Part shown: one piece after another, positions 1-10,681 of the stretch
How the letters are laid out: each line of letters opens with the position of its first letter
Position numbering within the stretch: position 1 is the first letter of the stretch
Assembly (NCBI GenBank): GCA_964247135.1
Contig: CAXTTL010000043.1
Location: 1-26,114 of the forward strand
Reading direction: 5' to 3'
DNA: 26,114 bases
Origin: an uncultured Deinococcales bacterium
GTDB lineage: Bacteria > Deinococcota > Deinococci > Deinococcales > JAAFIG01
The notes under the pieces: model-generated
The model's database searches: none
What the model was told of the DNA's origin: nothing
Seen by the model: only the letters and a program-made list of their open reading frames with translations
Made by a program: the position numbers and the translations under genes

Positions 1-1158
1 TTTAACAACTGGTCTTCAGATGCCGAGATTGGGGCGCTCAACGTGGTGCGCAATGCCTTCCAAGCCCAGGGTGGCAAATGGACGGACATCACCATTGCCC
101 ACGACACGGGCGCGAGCATTCCACTGATCAACATGTTGACCGGCGGCAACCCGCCCGATGTGTTCATCGAAAGCAACGCTGGCTTGCGGCGCGAACTCTT
201 CAAGCAAGGTTTGCTGAACGATTTTACCGCCTATTACAACTCGCTGAAAGTGGACAAGTACATTCCACCAGCCGTCAAAGACGCCATGATGGTCGATGGC
301 AAGGTGCTCAGTGCGCCCTTGGCAATTCATATCGTCGGCACGGTGTTCTGGAACATTGCGGCGGCGAAAAAAGCGGGCGTCAACCCCAAAGCCTGGAAGA
401 GTATGGACGACATGTTCGGCGACTTTGCCAAGATCAGAAAAGCCGGCATCATCCCGCTGGCAATCGGGGCGCAAAAATGGCAACTCGAGTATTTGCTCGG
501 CTCAATGATGGTTGAAGTCTCGGGCAGCCTGTACGACGATATTTGCGGTTTAAACCCCAAGAAAGCCTCGATTGATTCCAAAGACATGCGCCAAGCGCTG
601 GCATACTTCCGCAGGATTCAAAAAGAAGCTGATCCAGGCAGCGCCAACCGCAACTGGAACGACACCACCGCCCTGGTCATGCGCGGCGATGCCCTGATGC
701 AACTGCACGGCGACTGGATGAAAGGCGAATTCCTGGCAGCCAAAAAGAAGCTCGGCGTCGATTTTGACACCATGCTCGTGCCCGGCGCGGCTGGCGTGCA
801 AGTGACCGTGGACGAGGAAACCTTTTTGAAGCCAGCCAACGAAACCAAAAAGAACTCCATCGAAGCCCTGTTTAAAATCATGCTCACCAAAAGCATCACC
901 GAGAATTTCAGCGTGATCAAAGGCAGCACCCCAGTTCGGCTCGACGCCACCAAAGGCATTGACAAGCACGCCAAACTGGTGCTCGCCGCCCTGAAAAGAC
1001 CAGGCTTTGGACACCCAGTCAAAAACATCACGATGGATCAAGATTGGTCTGGCGCTTTTGCAGACTTGGCGGATGCCTTCTGGAACACGCCAGAAATGAC
1101 CGCCGATCAGTTTATTTCACAAGCCCAAAGTAAGTTTGACGAGGTGTTCAAGAAGTAA
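1..1158 (+). CDS. Sugar ABC transporter substrate-binding protein (family 1, glucose/mannose GtsA-like), 5'-truncated by the window edge
   Basis: Frame is open from position 1 (FNNWSSDAEIGAL...) to TAA at 1156-1158. Motifs GGNPPD, NWNDTTALV and ALMQLHGDWMKGEF resemble glucose-binding SBPs. Confidence 0.88.
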   Translation, partial: FNNWSSDAEIGALNVVRNAFQAQGGKWTDITIAHDTGASIPLINMLTGGNPPDVFIESNAGLRRELFKQGLLNDFTAYYNSLKVDKYIPPAVKDAMMVDGKVLSAPLAIHIVGTVFWNIAAAKKAGVNPKAWKSMDDMFGDFAKIRKAGIIPLAIGAQKWQLEYLLGSMMVEVSGSLYDDICGLNPKKASIDSKDMRQALAYFRRIQKEADPGSANRNWNDTTALVMRGDALMQLHGDWMKGEFLAAKKKLGVDFDTMLVPGAAGVQVTVDEETFLKPANETKKNSIEALFKIMLTKSITENFSVIKGSTPVRLDATKGIDKHAKLVLAALKRPGFGHPVKNITMDQDWSGAFADLADAFWNTPEMTADQFISQAQSKFDEVFKK

Positions 1159-1180
1159 GCTCGAGTATCGCAGTATTTCT

Positions 1181-1220
1181 CCTCTCATCCCCGACCCTTC
1201 TCTCCCAGGAGAGAAGGGAG
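1181..1220. repeat. REP-like GA/CT-rich hairpin, possibly an mRNA-stabilising stem after the SBP gene
   Basis: CCCTTCTCTCC (1195-1205) - CA - GGAGAGAAGGG (1208-1218), preceded by CCTCTCATCCCCGA. It resembles the widespread CCCTCTCCC..GGGAGAGGG dispersed repeats. Confidence 0.6.
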
Positions 1221-1267
1221 TTTGGGTACGATATTGATTCGTGAAATTTAGGTTTTCAGCCGTCACT

Positions 1268-1293
1268 AAGGGCGCAGCAAGCAGCGCCCCTAC
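1268..1293 (-). repeat. GTAG-type REP element
   Basis: Minus strand reads GTAG-GGGCGC-TGCTTGCT-GCGCCC-TT, a GTAG tetranucleotide followed by a GC-rich imperfect palindrome. Confidence 0.6.
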
Positions 1294-1392
1294 AGCTTCA
1301 AAATACATGACAGACGCAAATTAGCAAAAACATTCTGACTATTGAAATCAAGAAATTATTTTGAATCCAATTTTTGCGAACAGGAGAACGAC

Positions 1393-2847
1393 ATGACGAA
1401 CAAAACTGGGGCTTTTGACGTGGTGTGCGATGTGGGAACAGAGCGTCTTCCTGGCAGCACGGTCTATGACGTGCAAACGCAGACATACACGATCACAGGC
1501 AGCGGCAACAACATTTGGGGACTCGAGGATGAATTTCAGTTTGCGGCTTTGAAAATCTCGAGCAATTTGATCCTGACCGTGCAGGCTGGGTTTTTGGGAG
1601 AGGGCAAAAACCCGCACCGCAAGTGGGGCATCATGTTCAGACAGGGTCTCGAGGGTGATGCGGTTCATGCGAACGTGGTGGTGCACGGCGACGGGTTGAC
1701 TTCTTTGCAATACCGCCCAACAAAAGGCGCTGAGACGCTCGAGATCAAAGCCGCGCTTACCACCGCAGATGTGGTGCAACTCGAGCGCTCTGGGAATGAC
1801 ATCATCATGCGGGCGGCAAAATTTGGTGAAGCCCTGATCGAAACTGGACGCATTCAAATTGGATTCTCGAGCGAGATTTACGCAGGGTTGTTTGTTTGCT
1901 CGCACGAAATTGATGTTCTCGAGACCGCCGTTTTTAAGAATTTTCGGCTTGATGTTCCCGCCGCCATTGGGATTGACGGCTACCAACAGACTTCACCAAG
2001 CCGTCTCGAGTTGCTCGAGGTGGAAACTGGCAACCGCAGCATCATTTACTCGAGCACCGCGCATTTTGAGGCGCCCAATTGGTCTCGAGATGGCAAGTAT
2101 TTGCTGTACAACCAGGAGGGCAAAATCTATAAATTTTCGCTCGAGACAAAACAACCCGAATTGCTCAACACGGGCAATGTGACGGCGAACAACAACGACC
2201 ACGGCATCTCGTTTGACGGCACAAAACTTGCCCTCTCAAGCCACACCACGCAGGATGGCAGAAAAGCGGGATCGCAAATTTATGTGGTCGATATTGCTGG
2301 CGGCGAACCCGTCAAAGTCACCGATGATGCGCCGTCGTATTGGCACGGTTGGTCGCCCGATGGCAAGACGCTGGTGTACTGCGCCGAACGGGATGGCAGT
2401 TACGACATTTACGCGATTCCCTCGAGCGGCGGGGCGGAAACCCGCCTGACCGCCTCGCAAGGACTTGACGATGGTCCAGAATTCAGCCCAGATGACAAGT
2501 TTATTTATTTCAATTCGACCCGCACTGGGCAAATGAAAATCTGGCGCATGAAACCAGACGGCAGCGAGCAAGAGCAAGTCAGTTTTGGCAACGGCAACGA
2601 CTGGTTCGCGCATCCCTCACCCGACGGCACACGAATGCTGTACGTCTCGTATCGGCTCAGTGTGCCAGCCGCCAGCCACCCGCACAACGAACGCGTGACC
2701 ATCGTTGAGCAGGAAATCTCGAGCGGCAAGGTGCGGGTTCTGGCGTACCTGTATGGCGGGCAGGGCACGTTAAACGTTGCTTCCTGGAGTCCCGACGGCA
2801 AGTTTGTGGCGTTTGTCTCGTATACTTACGGCGACCCATCAATTTAG
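1393..2847 (+). CDS. TolB-like (PD40-repeat beta-propeller) protein with an N-terminal beta-sandwich domain
   Basis: SD CAGGAG precedes ATG 1393. Repeats APNWSRDG, HGISFDG, HGWSPDG, GPEFSPDD, AHPSPDG and ASWSPDG are present. No signal peptide is evident. Confidence 0.85.
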   Translation: MTNKTGAFDVVCDVGTERLPGSTVYDVQTQTYTITGSGNNIWGLEDEFQFAALKISSNLILTVQAGFLGEGKNPHRKWGIMFRQGLEGDAVHANVVVHGDGLTSLQYRPTKGAETLEIKAALTTADVVQLERSGNDIIMRAAKFGEALIETGRIQIGFSSEIYAGLFVCSHEIDVLETAVFKNFRLDVPAAIGIDGYQQTSPSRLELLEVETGNRSIIYSSTAHFEAPNWSRDGKYLLYNQEGKIYKFSLETKQPELLNTGNVTANNNDHGISFDGTKLALSSHTTQDGRKAGSQIYVVDIAGGEPVKVTDDAPSYWHGWSPDGKTLVYCAERDGSYDIYAIPSSGGAETRLTASQGLDDGPEFSPDDKFIYFNSTRTGQMKIWRMKPDGSEQEQVSFGNGNDWFAHPSPDGTRMLYVSYRLSVPAASHPHNERVTIVEQEISSGKVRVLAYLYGGQGTLNVASWSPDGKFVAFVSYTYGDPSI

Positions 2848-2853
2848 GAAAAC

Positions 2854-3798
2854 ATGCCTGACCTGAGAGCCAAACTCGAGCAATCGCCGCTGGGCATGGG
2901 TGGGTCTTTTTACGGTCTGGATCACGCCAAACTCGAGGGTGAACCAGACATTTTGGCGGCATGGGAAACCGCATTTGAACTTGGCATTAACCATTTTGAT
3001 ACCGCCACGGGGTACGGCGACGGTTATTCCGAACGCCTGCTGGGTCGGTTTATGGCGGGCAAGCGCGAGCAGATTTTTCTGGCATCCAAAGCCGATCTGG
3101 ACATTACCAGCAGCCAAGCGATCTTGGAAGCCATCGATGCCAGCCTCGAGCGTCTGCAAACCGATGTGATCGACCTGTACTACCTGCACTGGTCCCGAAC
3201 CGGTAAAGACATGCGCCCTTGGATGACCGGACTCGAGGCGGCGCGGCAACAGGGCAAAATTCGTTTTGTTGGGGTCAGCAATTTTTCAGTCTCGCAGATG
3301 GAACAACTCTCCGAGGTCGGGCAGATTGACGCCTGTCAAATGGGGTACAACCTGTTGTGGCGTTTTAACGAGCGCGACATTTTGCCGTACTGCCGCCAGC
3401 ACAACATTGCCGTGATCGCCTACAGCGCCTTGGCGCACGGGATTTTGTCGGGCAAATACCCCAGAGCACTCGAGTTTGCCCCAAACGATCAACGCTGGAG
3501 CATTCGGCTGTTCAAACCTGACGCCTGGGCGCAGGTTTTTGAGGCTGTGAAAAATTTCAAACAACTTGCCTCTTCGGAAAACCTGGCACTCTCGCATTTG
3601 GCGTTGCGCTGGTTGTTGCATCAAGCCGATGTTGCCTCGGTATTGGTCAGCAGCAAAAACAAACAACAGGTGCTCGAGAATCAAAAAGCACTTGCCCTCG
3701 AGATTCCAGACCGTGTCTTTGCTGAACTGACCACCCTCAGCGACCACCTGATCCAAGCCATTCCCGACGACAGAGACCTCTTTGGGTATCAACCCTAG
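2854..3798 (+). CDS. Aldo/keto reductase
   Basis: GINHFDTATGYG, ASK, SLERLQTDVIDLYYLHW, GKIRFVGVSNF and AYSALAHGILSGK give the AKR catalytic D/Y/K/H residues. Confidence 0.95.
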   Translation: MPDLRAKLEQSPLGMGGSFYGLDHAKLEGEPDILAAWETAFELGINHFDTATGYGDGYSERLLGRFMAGKREQIFLASKADLDITSSQAILEAIDASLERLQTDVIDLYYLHWSRTGKDMRPWMTGLEAARQQGKIRFVGVSNFSVSQMEQLSEVGQIDACQMGYNLLWRFNERDILPYCRQHNIAVIAYSALAHGILSGKYPRALEFAPNDQRWSIRLFKPDAWAQVFEAVKNFKQLASSENLALSHLALRWLLHQADVASVLVSSKNKQQVLENQKALALEIPDRVFAELTTLSDHLIQAIPDDRDLFGYQP

Positions 3799-3811
3799 AA
3801 TTGGAGCGAAC

Positions 3812-4774
3812 ATGCCAGACTCGAGCCTTCCAGACCAAAGCATTTTTCAGATTTGCGTGATCGTCGATGACCTGGAGCGGTACGGCGAAAATTACCGCAA
3901 AATACTTGGCTTTGACGTGCCGAGCGAGGTTCAAACCACGCACACTTTTGAGCACACGCAGGCACAATATTTCGGACAACCGATGAACGCTCGAGCCAAA
4001 ATTGTCAGCTTTATGCTGGGCAACGTCGCATTCGAGTTGCTGCAACCGCTCGACGAGGGCAGTGTTTGGATGGATTACCTGAAACAACACGGCGCGGGAA
4101 TTCATCACATTGCGTTCAACGTGCCGCGCATCGCGCCTGCCGCCGCGTTTTTTGCCGACCACGGTTACCAGGTCATCCAGCAGGGTTTGTTCACGGGACG
4201 CACGGGCATGTACGCCTACCTGAACACCGACAAAGACTTGGGTCTGACCACCGAATTGCTCGAGCATTACCAAAACACCACTCGAGCCACCACACCAATA
4301 TTCTCGAGCGACAGAGGCATTGGCACGAACGTTGTAATTCAAGTTGGAATTGTGACCAACGACATTGCGGCGATGGCAAAGCGTTATCAAGAGGTCTTGG
4401 GTTTACCCAAACCAAGCACGCAAGAAACTCCAGGCTATCAGATCACCGAAGCCAGATTCAACGGCGCACCAACCGAAGCCACAGCCAAACTCGCCTTTTT
4501 TGATTTTGGGCAAGCGCAACTCGAGTTGATCCAACCCGACCAGATTCCCAGCGTTTGGCGCAACGACCTGAATGCCTTTGGCGACGGCACACACCACATT
4601 GCCTTTAAAGTTGAAAGCACCCAAAAAGCCGTGGCTCACTTTGCCAAACACGGCATCGAGGTGAGTCAACAAGGCTATTACGGTGATCGCAGCGGCATGT
4701 ACACCTATATGGGCAGCCAGACTGCGCTTGGGGTTGTGATTGAACTGCTCGAGAATTTTCCCGAACCCCGCTAA
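3812..4774 (+). CDS. Tandem two-module VOC-family protein (methylmalonyl-CoA epimerase/glyoxalase-like)
   Basis: SD GGAG precedes ATG 3812. The two homologous halves each carry Q(I/V)-EL(L/I)QP-HHIAF-ELLE metal-ligand motifs. Confidence 0.88.
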   Translation: MPDSSLPDQSIFQICVIVDDLERYGENYRKILGFDVPSEVQTTHTFEHTQAQYFGQPMNARAKIVSFMLGNVAFELLQPLDEGSVWMDYLKQHGAGIHHIAFNVPRIAPAAAFFADHGYQVIQQGLFTGRTGMYAYLNTDKDLGLTTELLEHYQNTTRATTPIFSSDRGIGTNVVIQVGIVTNDIAAMAKRYQEVLGLPKPSTQETPGYQITEARFNGAPTEATAKLAFFDFGQAQLELIQPDQIPSVWRNDLNAFGDGTHHIAFKVESTQKAVAHFAKHGIEVSQQGYYGDRSGMYTYMGSQTALGVVIELLENFPEPR

Positions 4775-4786
4775 ACCAGGAGGCTT

Positions 4787-5116
4787 ATGAAATGGATTAC
4801 AAGGGAAAAAGTCAAGGTTGATCGTGTCGCCTGCCCGTGGTTGATTGCCAAATTCGTGGACCAAGACGCCGATTTTTTGTTCGTTCCAAACGATCAAATC
4901 ATGGCGGTGGCGGCACTAGAGAATGCGATTCCTTACGATGTCAAGGATGTCGAACTCGGGCTTCACGGGCAGGAGTGTAGTTTTGACGCGATTTGCCGCA
5001 AGTACAACTTGTGGGAAAAAGACGCTGCACTGGTGCGGCTGGTAAAAAATATCAATAGTGCAGACACCGACAACGCGCTCTGGAATCAACCCGAGGCGAT
5101 TCCCAATTCAAAATAA
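4787..5116 (+). pseudogene. Chromate-resistance ChrB-type domain protein, apparently C-terminally truncated
   Basis: SD AGGAGG. MKWITREKVKVDRVACPWLI..F.D..A.FLFVP and CSFDAI are family motifs. The ORF stops a few residues after 'QPE', before the usual C-terminal helices. Confidence 0.65.
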
Positions 5117-5140
5117 CCTTTGGTTTGTTGCTTTGGGAGA

Positions 5141-5177
5141 GATGAAGCTTGGTAAAATACCAAGCTTCATCTTTTTT
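5141..5177 (+). terminator. Intrinsic terminator between convergent genes, possibly bidirectional
   Basis: Perfect 14-bp stem GATGAAGCTTGGTA-AAA-TACCAAGCTTCATC followed by TTTTTT. Confidence 0.85.
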
Positions 5178-5187
5178 GCCGCTCGAG

Positions 5188-6684
<1,497 letters not shown>

Positions 6685-6733
6685 GGGTGCTCGGGGGTTG
6701 GTCTTGGCGGGCGTTGGAATGGGGTCGCTGACG

Positions 6734-7498
6734 TTATTCGTTGGCGATCACCACTTCGGGTCCACGTTGGCGCAGGGTGGCGCGGGTGCTGGCGTCCAGG
6801 CGGTTGTCGGTGATGACGCAGTGAAGTTCGCGGAAGGCGGCGACCCGCAGCATGGCTTGCGAATCCCATTTCGAGGCATCCAGCAGCAGTGCCACCCAGG
6901 TGGCGTGTCCGAGCGCGGCGCGTTTGATGTCAATTTCGGGCAGGTGCTTGTCGGAAATGCCAAACTCGAGGTTGGCGGCGGAGGCGGACAGAAAGCAGCG
7001 GTCAAACCTCGAGGATTCGATGAAGCGCAGGGCTTGTTGTCCGGTCACGACGCCGGTGTTGCGGTAGAGTTCGCCGCCGAGTTGAACCACGGTGATCTCG
7101 TCGCAGATCAGGGCGCTCGAGATTGTGACGGCGTTGGTGACGATGCGCAGTTGTTTGAAGTCGCGGCGCTTGATGGCGAGTGCCAGCTCGAGCATGGTGC
7201 TGCCGGCGTCCAGGAAAATGGTTTCGCCGTCGCGGATGTGGTCGGCGGCGGCTTCGGCGATGGCGCGTTTTTCGGTGATGTTCAGGCTGCTGCGGGCTTG
7301 GCTGGGGGCTTCGCTGCGGTGGACAATTCGGGCGCCGCCATGCACGCGTTTGACCTTGCCGTCGCGGGCGAGGCTTGCCAGGTCGCGGCGCACGGTCATT
7401 TCGCTGACGCCCAGGTCGGTTGCCAGCAGGCTGTTGGTGCGAAAACCGTGGGTTTCGAGCAGGTTGAGGATTCGTTCGATGCGTTGATCGGCAAGCAT
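6734..7498 (-). CDS. DeoR/GlpR-family transcriptional regulator
   Basis: AAGGA SD precedes ATG at 7498. HTH motif LGVSEMTVRRDL..L, then RVHGGA, EKRAIA, IFLDAGST, VTN and DASKW. Confidence 0.95.
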   Translation of the reverse strand: MLADQRIERILNLLETHGFRTNSLLATDLGVSEMTVRRDLASLARDGKVKRVHGGARIVHRSEAPSQARSSLNITEKRAIAEAAADHIRDGETIFLDAGSTMLELALAIKRRDFKQLRIVTNAVTISSALICDEITVVQLGGELYRNTGVVTGQQALRFIESSRFDRCFLSASAANLEFGISDKHLPEIDIKRAALGHATWVALLLDASKWDSQAMLRVAAFRELHCVITDNRLDASTRATLRQRGPEVVIANE

Positions 7499-7629
7499 GG
7501 TTTGGTGTCCTTGTTTGTGCGTTTGTGTTGTTATCTTGGTTGGTGTTTGATGATTTGGGACTTTTTTTAGAGTATACCGAATTGGGCGAGCCTGCATTTG
7601 GCGTGTTTGTGACCATCAATCACAAAGGC

Positions 7630-7658
7630 TTGACAATTGTTTGAATTTGAGTTACTTT
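7630..7658 (+). promoter_or_regulatory. Sigma-70-type promoter for the RbsACB-like operon
   Basis: TTGACA (7630-7635), 17-bp spacer, TACTTT (7653-7658). Confidence 0.7.
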
Positions 7659-7695
7659 TGTCGCATCTTGTTTAACTCTGTTTGAAATTGTTTGA
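7638..7695 (+). promoter_or_regulatory. Candidate DeoR operator: phased TGTTT(G/A)A direct repeats
   Basis: TGTTTGA 7638, TGTTTAA 7669, TGTTTGA 7679 and TGTTTGA 7689, with exact 10-bp spacing for the last three. Another TGTTTGA lies at 7544. Confidence 0.65.
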
Positions 7696-7861
7696 ATCAC
7701 CAGTCGGCGTTCATGTCTGCAACTTGGACAGCTTCACCTTGACCACCCGAGGGGATGCCCCTCGAGCGGCGGTGTCAACTTCACTTTTTAAAGTCCAAAT
7801 TTTGGGGATGCCGCCCAATTCAAGACCCAAACCAGCCAGATCAGGGCACCAGAAAGGGATC

Positions 7862-9463
7862 ATGATTTCCAGTTCAGCGCTTCTCACCCCACCCCCAGCG
7901 CCGCAGCCGACGCAAGCCTTGCTCGAGATGCGCGGCATCAGCAAACGATTTCCGGGCGTGCAGGCGCTGGCGGAAGTCAATTTCAGCGCCCACGCCCATG
8001 AAGTCCATGCCTTGATGGGCGAGAACGGCGCGGGCAAATCCACCCTCATGAAAATCCTGACCGGCGTGTACTCGCACGACGGCGGTCAAATCTTGCTGGA
8101 GGGCAAAATCACCCATTCCAGCGACCCTCGAGCCGCCCAGCGCCACGGCATTGCGATCATCCACCAAGAACTCAACCAAGTGCCGGAGCTGAGCATCCGT
8201 GAAAATTTCTTTTTGGGACGCGAAAAACGTGGCGCGTTCGGCATTCTGGACAACGAATTGATGCGAATTGAGACCAAACGCTGGCTCGAGCAGGTGGGTT
8301 TGAAACTCAACGTCGACCGACCACTGCGCGGCTTGCGGGTTGCCGAACGTCAATTGCTCGAGATTGCCAAAGCCATCAGTTTACGCGCCCGCATTCTGGT
8401 GATGGACGAACCCACCACGGCACTGAACGCCGAAGAGGTCGCCAGGTTGTTCACGATTGTGCGTCAATTGCGCGACGACGGACTGGCGGTGATTTACATC
8501 TCGCACCGCATGGACGAGATTTTTGCGATCTCTGACCGTGTGACCGTGCTGCGCGACGGACAACTCGCCGGAACCCGAGTCACCGGCGAACTCAGCCGAG
8601 ACGTGCTCATTACGTTGATGGTCGGACGGGAACTGCCAGATTTGTACGCCGAACACGTCACCAAAGATGCCCCATCAGACCCGAACAACCCAAGACCAGA
8701 GGTGATTCGGGTCAGCCATTTAAACGTGAAAGCCAAACCGGGCGGGCAACCCCTGCACGACATCAATTTTCAGGTTCGTGCCGGCGAAATCCTCGGGCTG
8801 GCGGGTTTGCTCGGTGCTGGGCGCACCGAACTGCTCGAGGCACTCTACGGCGTGCCTCACCCTGCCAACATCAGCGGCGAGATTTACCTGGACAACCAGC
8901 CCGTGCGCATCACCTCCCCAGGGGCTGCGATTCGGGCGGGCATCGGGTTTATCACCGAAGACCGCAAACACCAAAGCCTGGTGCTGGTGCGTTCCGTCGC
9001 CGAAAACATCAGTTTGGTCGGACTTTCTAAATTTGTTCGTGGCGGACTGATCAACCTCAAGCTCGAGGAAAAAGCGATCGGTGACGCCATTCGCACCCTG
9101 CGCGTCAAAACCCCGACGCCCAACACGCCGATTGCGTCGTTGTCGGGCGGCAACCAGCAAAAGGTGGTGTTCGCCAAATACTGGCTGACCAAACCCAAAC
9201 TCTTCTTGCTCGACGAACCCACGCAAGGCATCGACGTGGGCGCAAAAGCCGAAATTTATGCTTTAATTCGAGAACTCGCCAAATCAGGAACCTCGGTGAT
9301 TCTCGCCTCGAGCGAAATGCCAGAATTGCTGATGCTCTGTGACCGTATTCTGGTCCTGTGCGACGGTCGAATCACCGCCGACCTGCCAAGGATCGAAGCC
9401 ACCCAAGAAAAAATCCTCGATTTCGCCACGCGCTTTCGCGCCCCCTCGGAGGTTCACGCATGA
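7862..9463 (+). CDS. Sugar ABC transporter ATP-binding protein (RbsA-like)
   Basis: AAAGGGA precedes ATG 7862. Motifs GENGAGKS, MDEPTT, ISHRM, TEDRK, LSGGNQQK and DEPTQGIDVGAK. Confidence 0.95.
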   Translation: MISSSALLTPPPAPQPTQALLEMRGISKRFPGVQALAEVNFSAHAHEVHALMGENGAGKSTLMKILTGVYSHDGGQILLEGKITHSSDPRAAQRHGIAIIHQELNQVPELSIRENFFLGREKRGAFGILDNELMRIETKRWLEQVGLKLNVDRPLRGLRVAERQLLEIAKAISLRARILVMDEPTTALNAEEVARLFTIVRQLRDDGLAVIYISHRMDEIFAISDRVTVLRDGQLAGTRVTGELSRDVLITLMVGRELPDLYAEHVTKDAPSDPNNPRPEVIRVSHLNVKAKPGGQPLHDINFQVRAGEILGLAGLLGAGRTELLEALYGVPHPANISGEIYLDNQPVRITSPGAAIRAGIGFITEDRKHQSLVLVRSVAENISLVGLSKFVRGGLINLKLEEKAIGDAIRTLRVKTPTPNTPIASLSGGNQQKVVFAKYWLTKPKLFLLDEPTQGIDVGAKAEIYALIRELAKSGTSVILASSEMPELLMLCDRILVLCDGRITADLPRIEATQEKILDFATRFRAPSEVHA

Positions 9464-10476
9464 CCAGCCTGCCCGTCACGCCCGCCCGCACCGCCAACGG
9501 ACGGCGCATCCTCGATTTTGTGCTGCGTTTCCAAGGGTATTTGGGGCTAGTGGCGGTCTTTGTGATCGGCACGATCTTCGCCCCGCAACGCGACGGTGTG
9601 AACCTGTTTGTGGATGTCACCAACCAAATGAACATTTTGCGCTACGTCGCCGAAACGGGCATCATCGCCATCGGCATGACCCTGGTGATCCTGGTCGCCG
9701 AAATTGACCTGTCCGTCGGCGCAATGCTGGCGTTTTCGGCAACCTTCACGGCGTACCTGCTGACCGGCACGGGTATCGGCGCGGTGCCTGCGTTTCTGAT
9801 CGTGATTGTCACAGGCATTGTGCTGGGCTTTATCAACGGCACAGTCACCACCGGTTTACGCATTCCCTCATTTGTGGTCACGCTCGCCATGATGAGCGTC
9901 GCTCGAGGTTTGGCACGGCTGTTGTTTGGAGGCGTGGCAATTCCCCTGCTGCCCATTTCGCAGGGCGGCGCTGCCCCCGAAAGCGCTTTTTTCTTCTCGC
10001 AACGCATTGCCGGAATTTTTCCGGTGCCAGCTTTGCTGATGTTTGCCGTGGCGGGACTGACCGGTTTTGCCCTGCGTTACATCCCCTTCGGACGGCACGT
10101 TTACGCCGTCGGCGGCAACCCAATCGCGGCTCGACTCTCCGGCGTGCGGGTCGATGCCACCAAAATCGCAGTTTTTGCGATCAGCGGCGCACTGACCGCA
10201 CTGGCGGCTTTTGTTCACGCCATTCAACTCAACCAGGGCGCACCAAACGACGGCAACGCCTACGAATTAAACGCCATCGCCGCCGTGGTCATCGGTGGCA
10301 CCAGCTTGCAGGGCGGCATTGGCAGCATCGCGGGTTCTGTGGCGGGCGCCTGGATGCTGGGCATGATCGACAATGTGCTCAACCTCAACAACATCGAATC
10401 TGATGTTCAACTGCTGATCAAAGGCAGCCTGATTGTCGTGGCGGTGGCGGTACAACGCCTGCAACGCCGCGCCTGA
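9460..10476 (+). CDS. Sugar ABC transporter permease (RbsC-like)
   Basis: ATGA overlap with the upstream stop and GGAGG SD. Motifs IDLSVG, IPSFVVTL, GRHVYAVGGN and YELNAIAAVVIGGTSL.GG.G. Confidence 0.95.
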   Translation: MTSLPVTPARTANGRRILDFVLRFQGYLGLVAVFVIGTIFAPQRDGVNLFVDVTNQMNILRYVAETGIIAIGMTLVILVAEIDLSVGAMLAFSATFTAYLLTGTGIGAVPAFLIVIVTGIVLGFINGTVTTGLRIPSFVVTLAMMSVARGLARLLFGGVAIPLLPISQGGAAPESAFFFSQRIAGIFPVPALLMFAVAGLTGFALRYIPFGRHVYAVGGNPIAARLSGVRVDATKIAVFAISGALTALAAFVHAIQLNQGAPNDGNAYELNAIAAVVIGGTSLQGGIGSIAGSVAGAWMLGMIDNVLNLNNIESDVQLLIKGSLIVVAVAVQRLQRRA

Positions 10477-10540
10477 AAATCGTTCCTCTCGAGCCACAAC
10501 CACATTCAACGTCCAGGTTTTCTGGAGGAGGTGATTTGAC

Positions 10541-10615
10541 ATGACGAGATTCGCCGTACCCAACCCGTGCCGTTCAAAACCCAGGTTGAACGACGAATCC
10601 CGCCACACCCGATGA
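10541..10615 (+). other. Candidate 24-aa small ORF (MTRFAVPNPCRSKPRLNDESRHTR) within a structured intercistronic region
   Basis: Extended SD GGAGGAGGTGAT lies 5 nt before the ATG; TGA at 10613-10615. No recognised homology. Confidence 0.35.
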
Positions 10616-10681
10616 GATAAAAATCCGAACCCCATCTGCCCAGAGGCTATCACCTTTCCAGCGAACGTTAAAGGAGTAAAG

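Noticed and set aside
7682-7861. Long N-terminal extensions in the ORF track (also starts at 1342, 3782, 7597, 9358, 16327, 22497 and 23210)
   Set aside because: They run through promoters, operators or neighbouring genes. Downstream ATGs have an SD or a leaderless -10 and match family N-termini.
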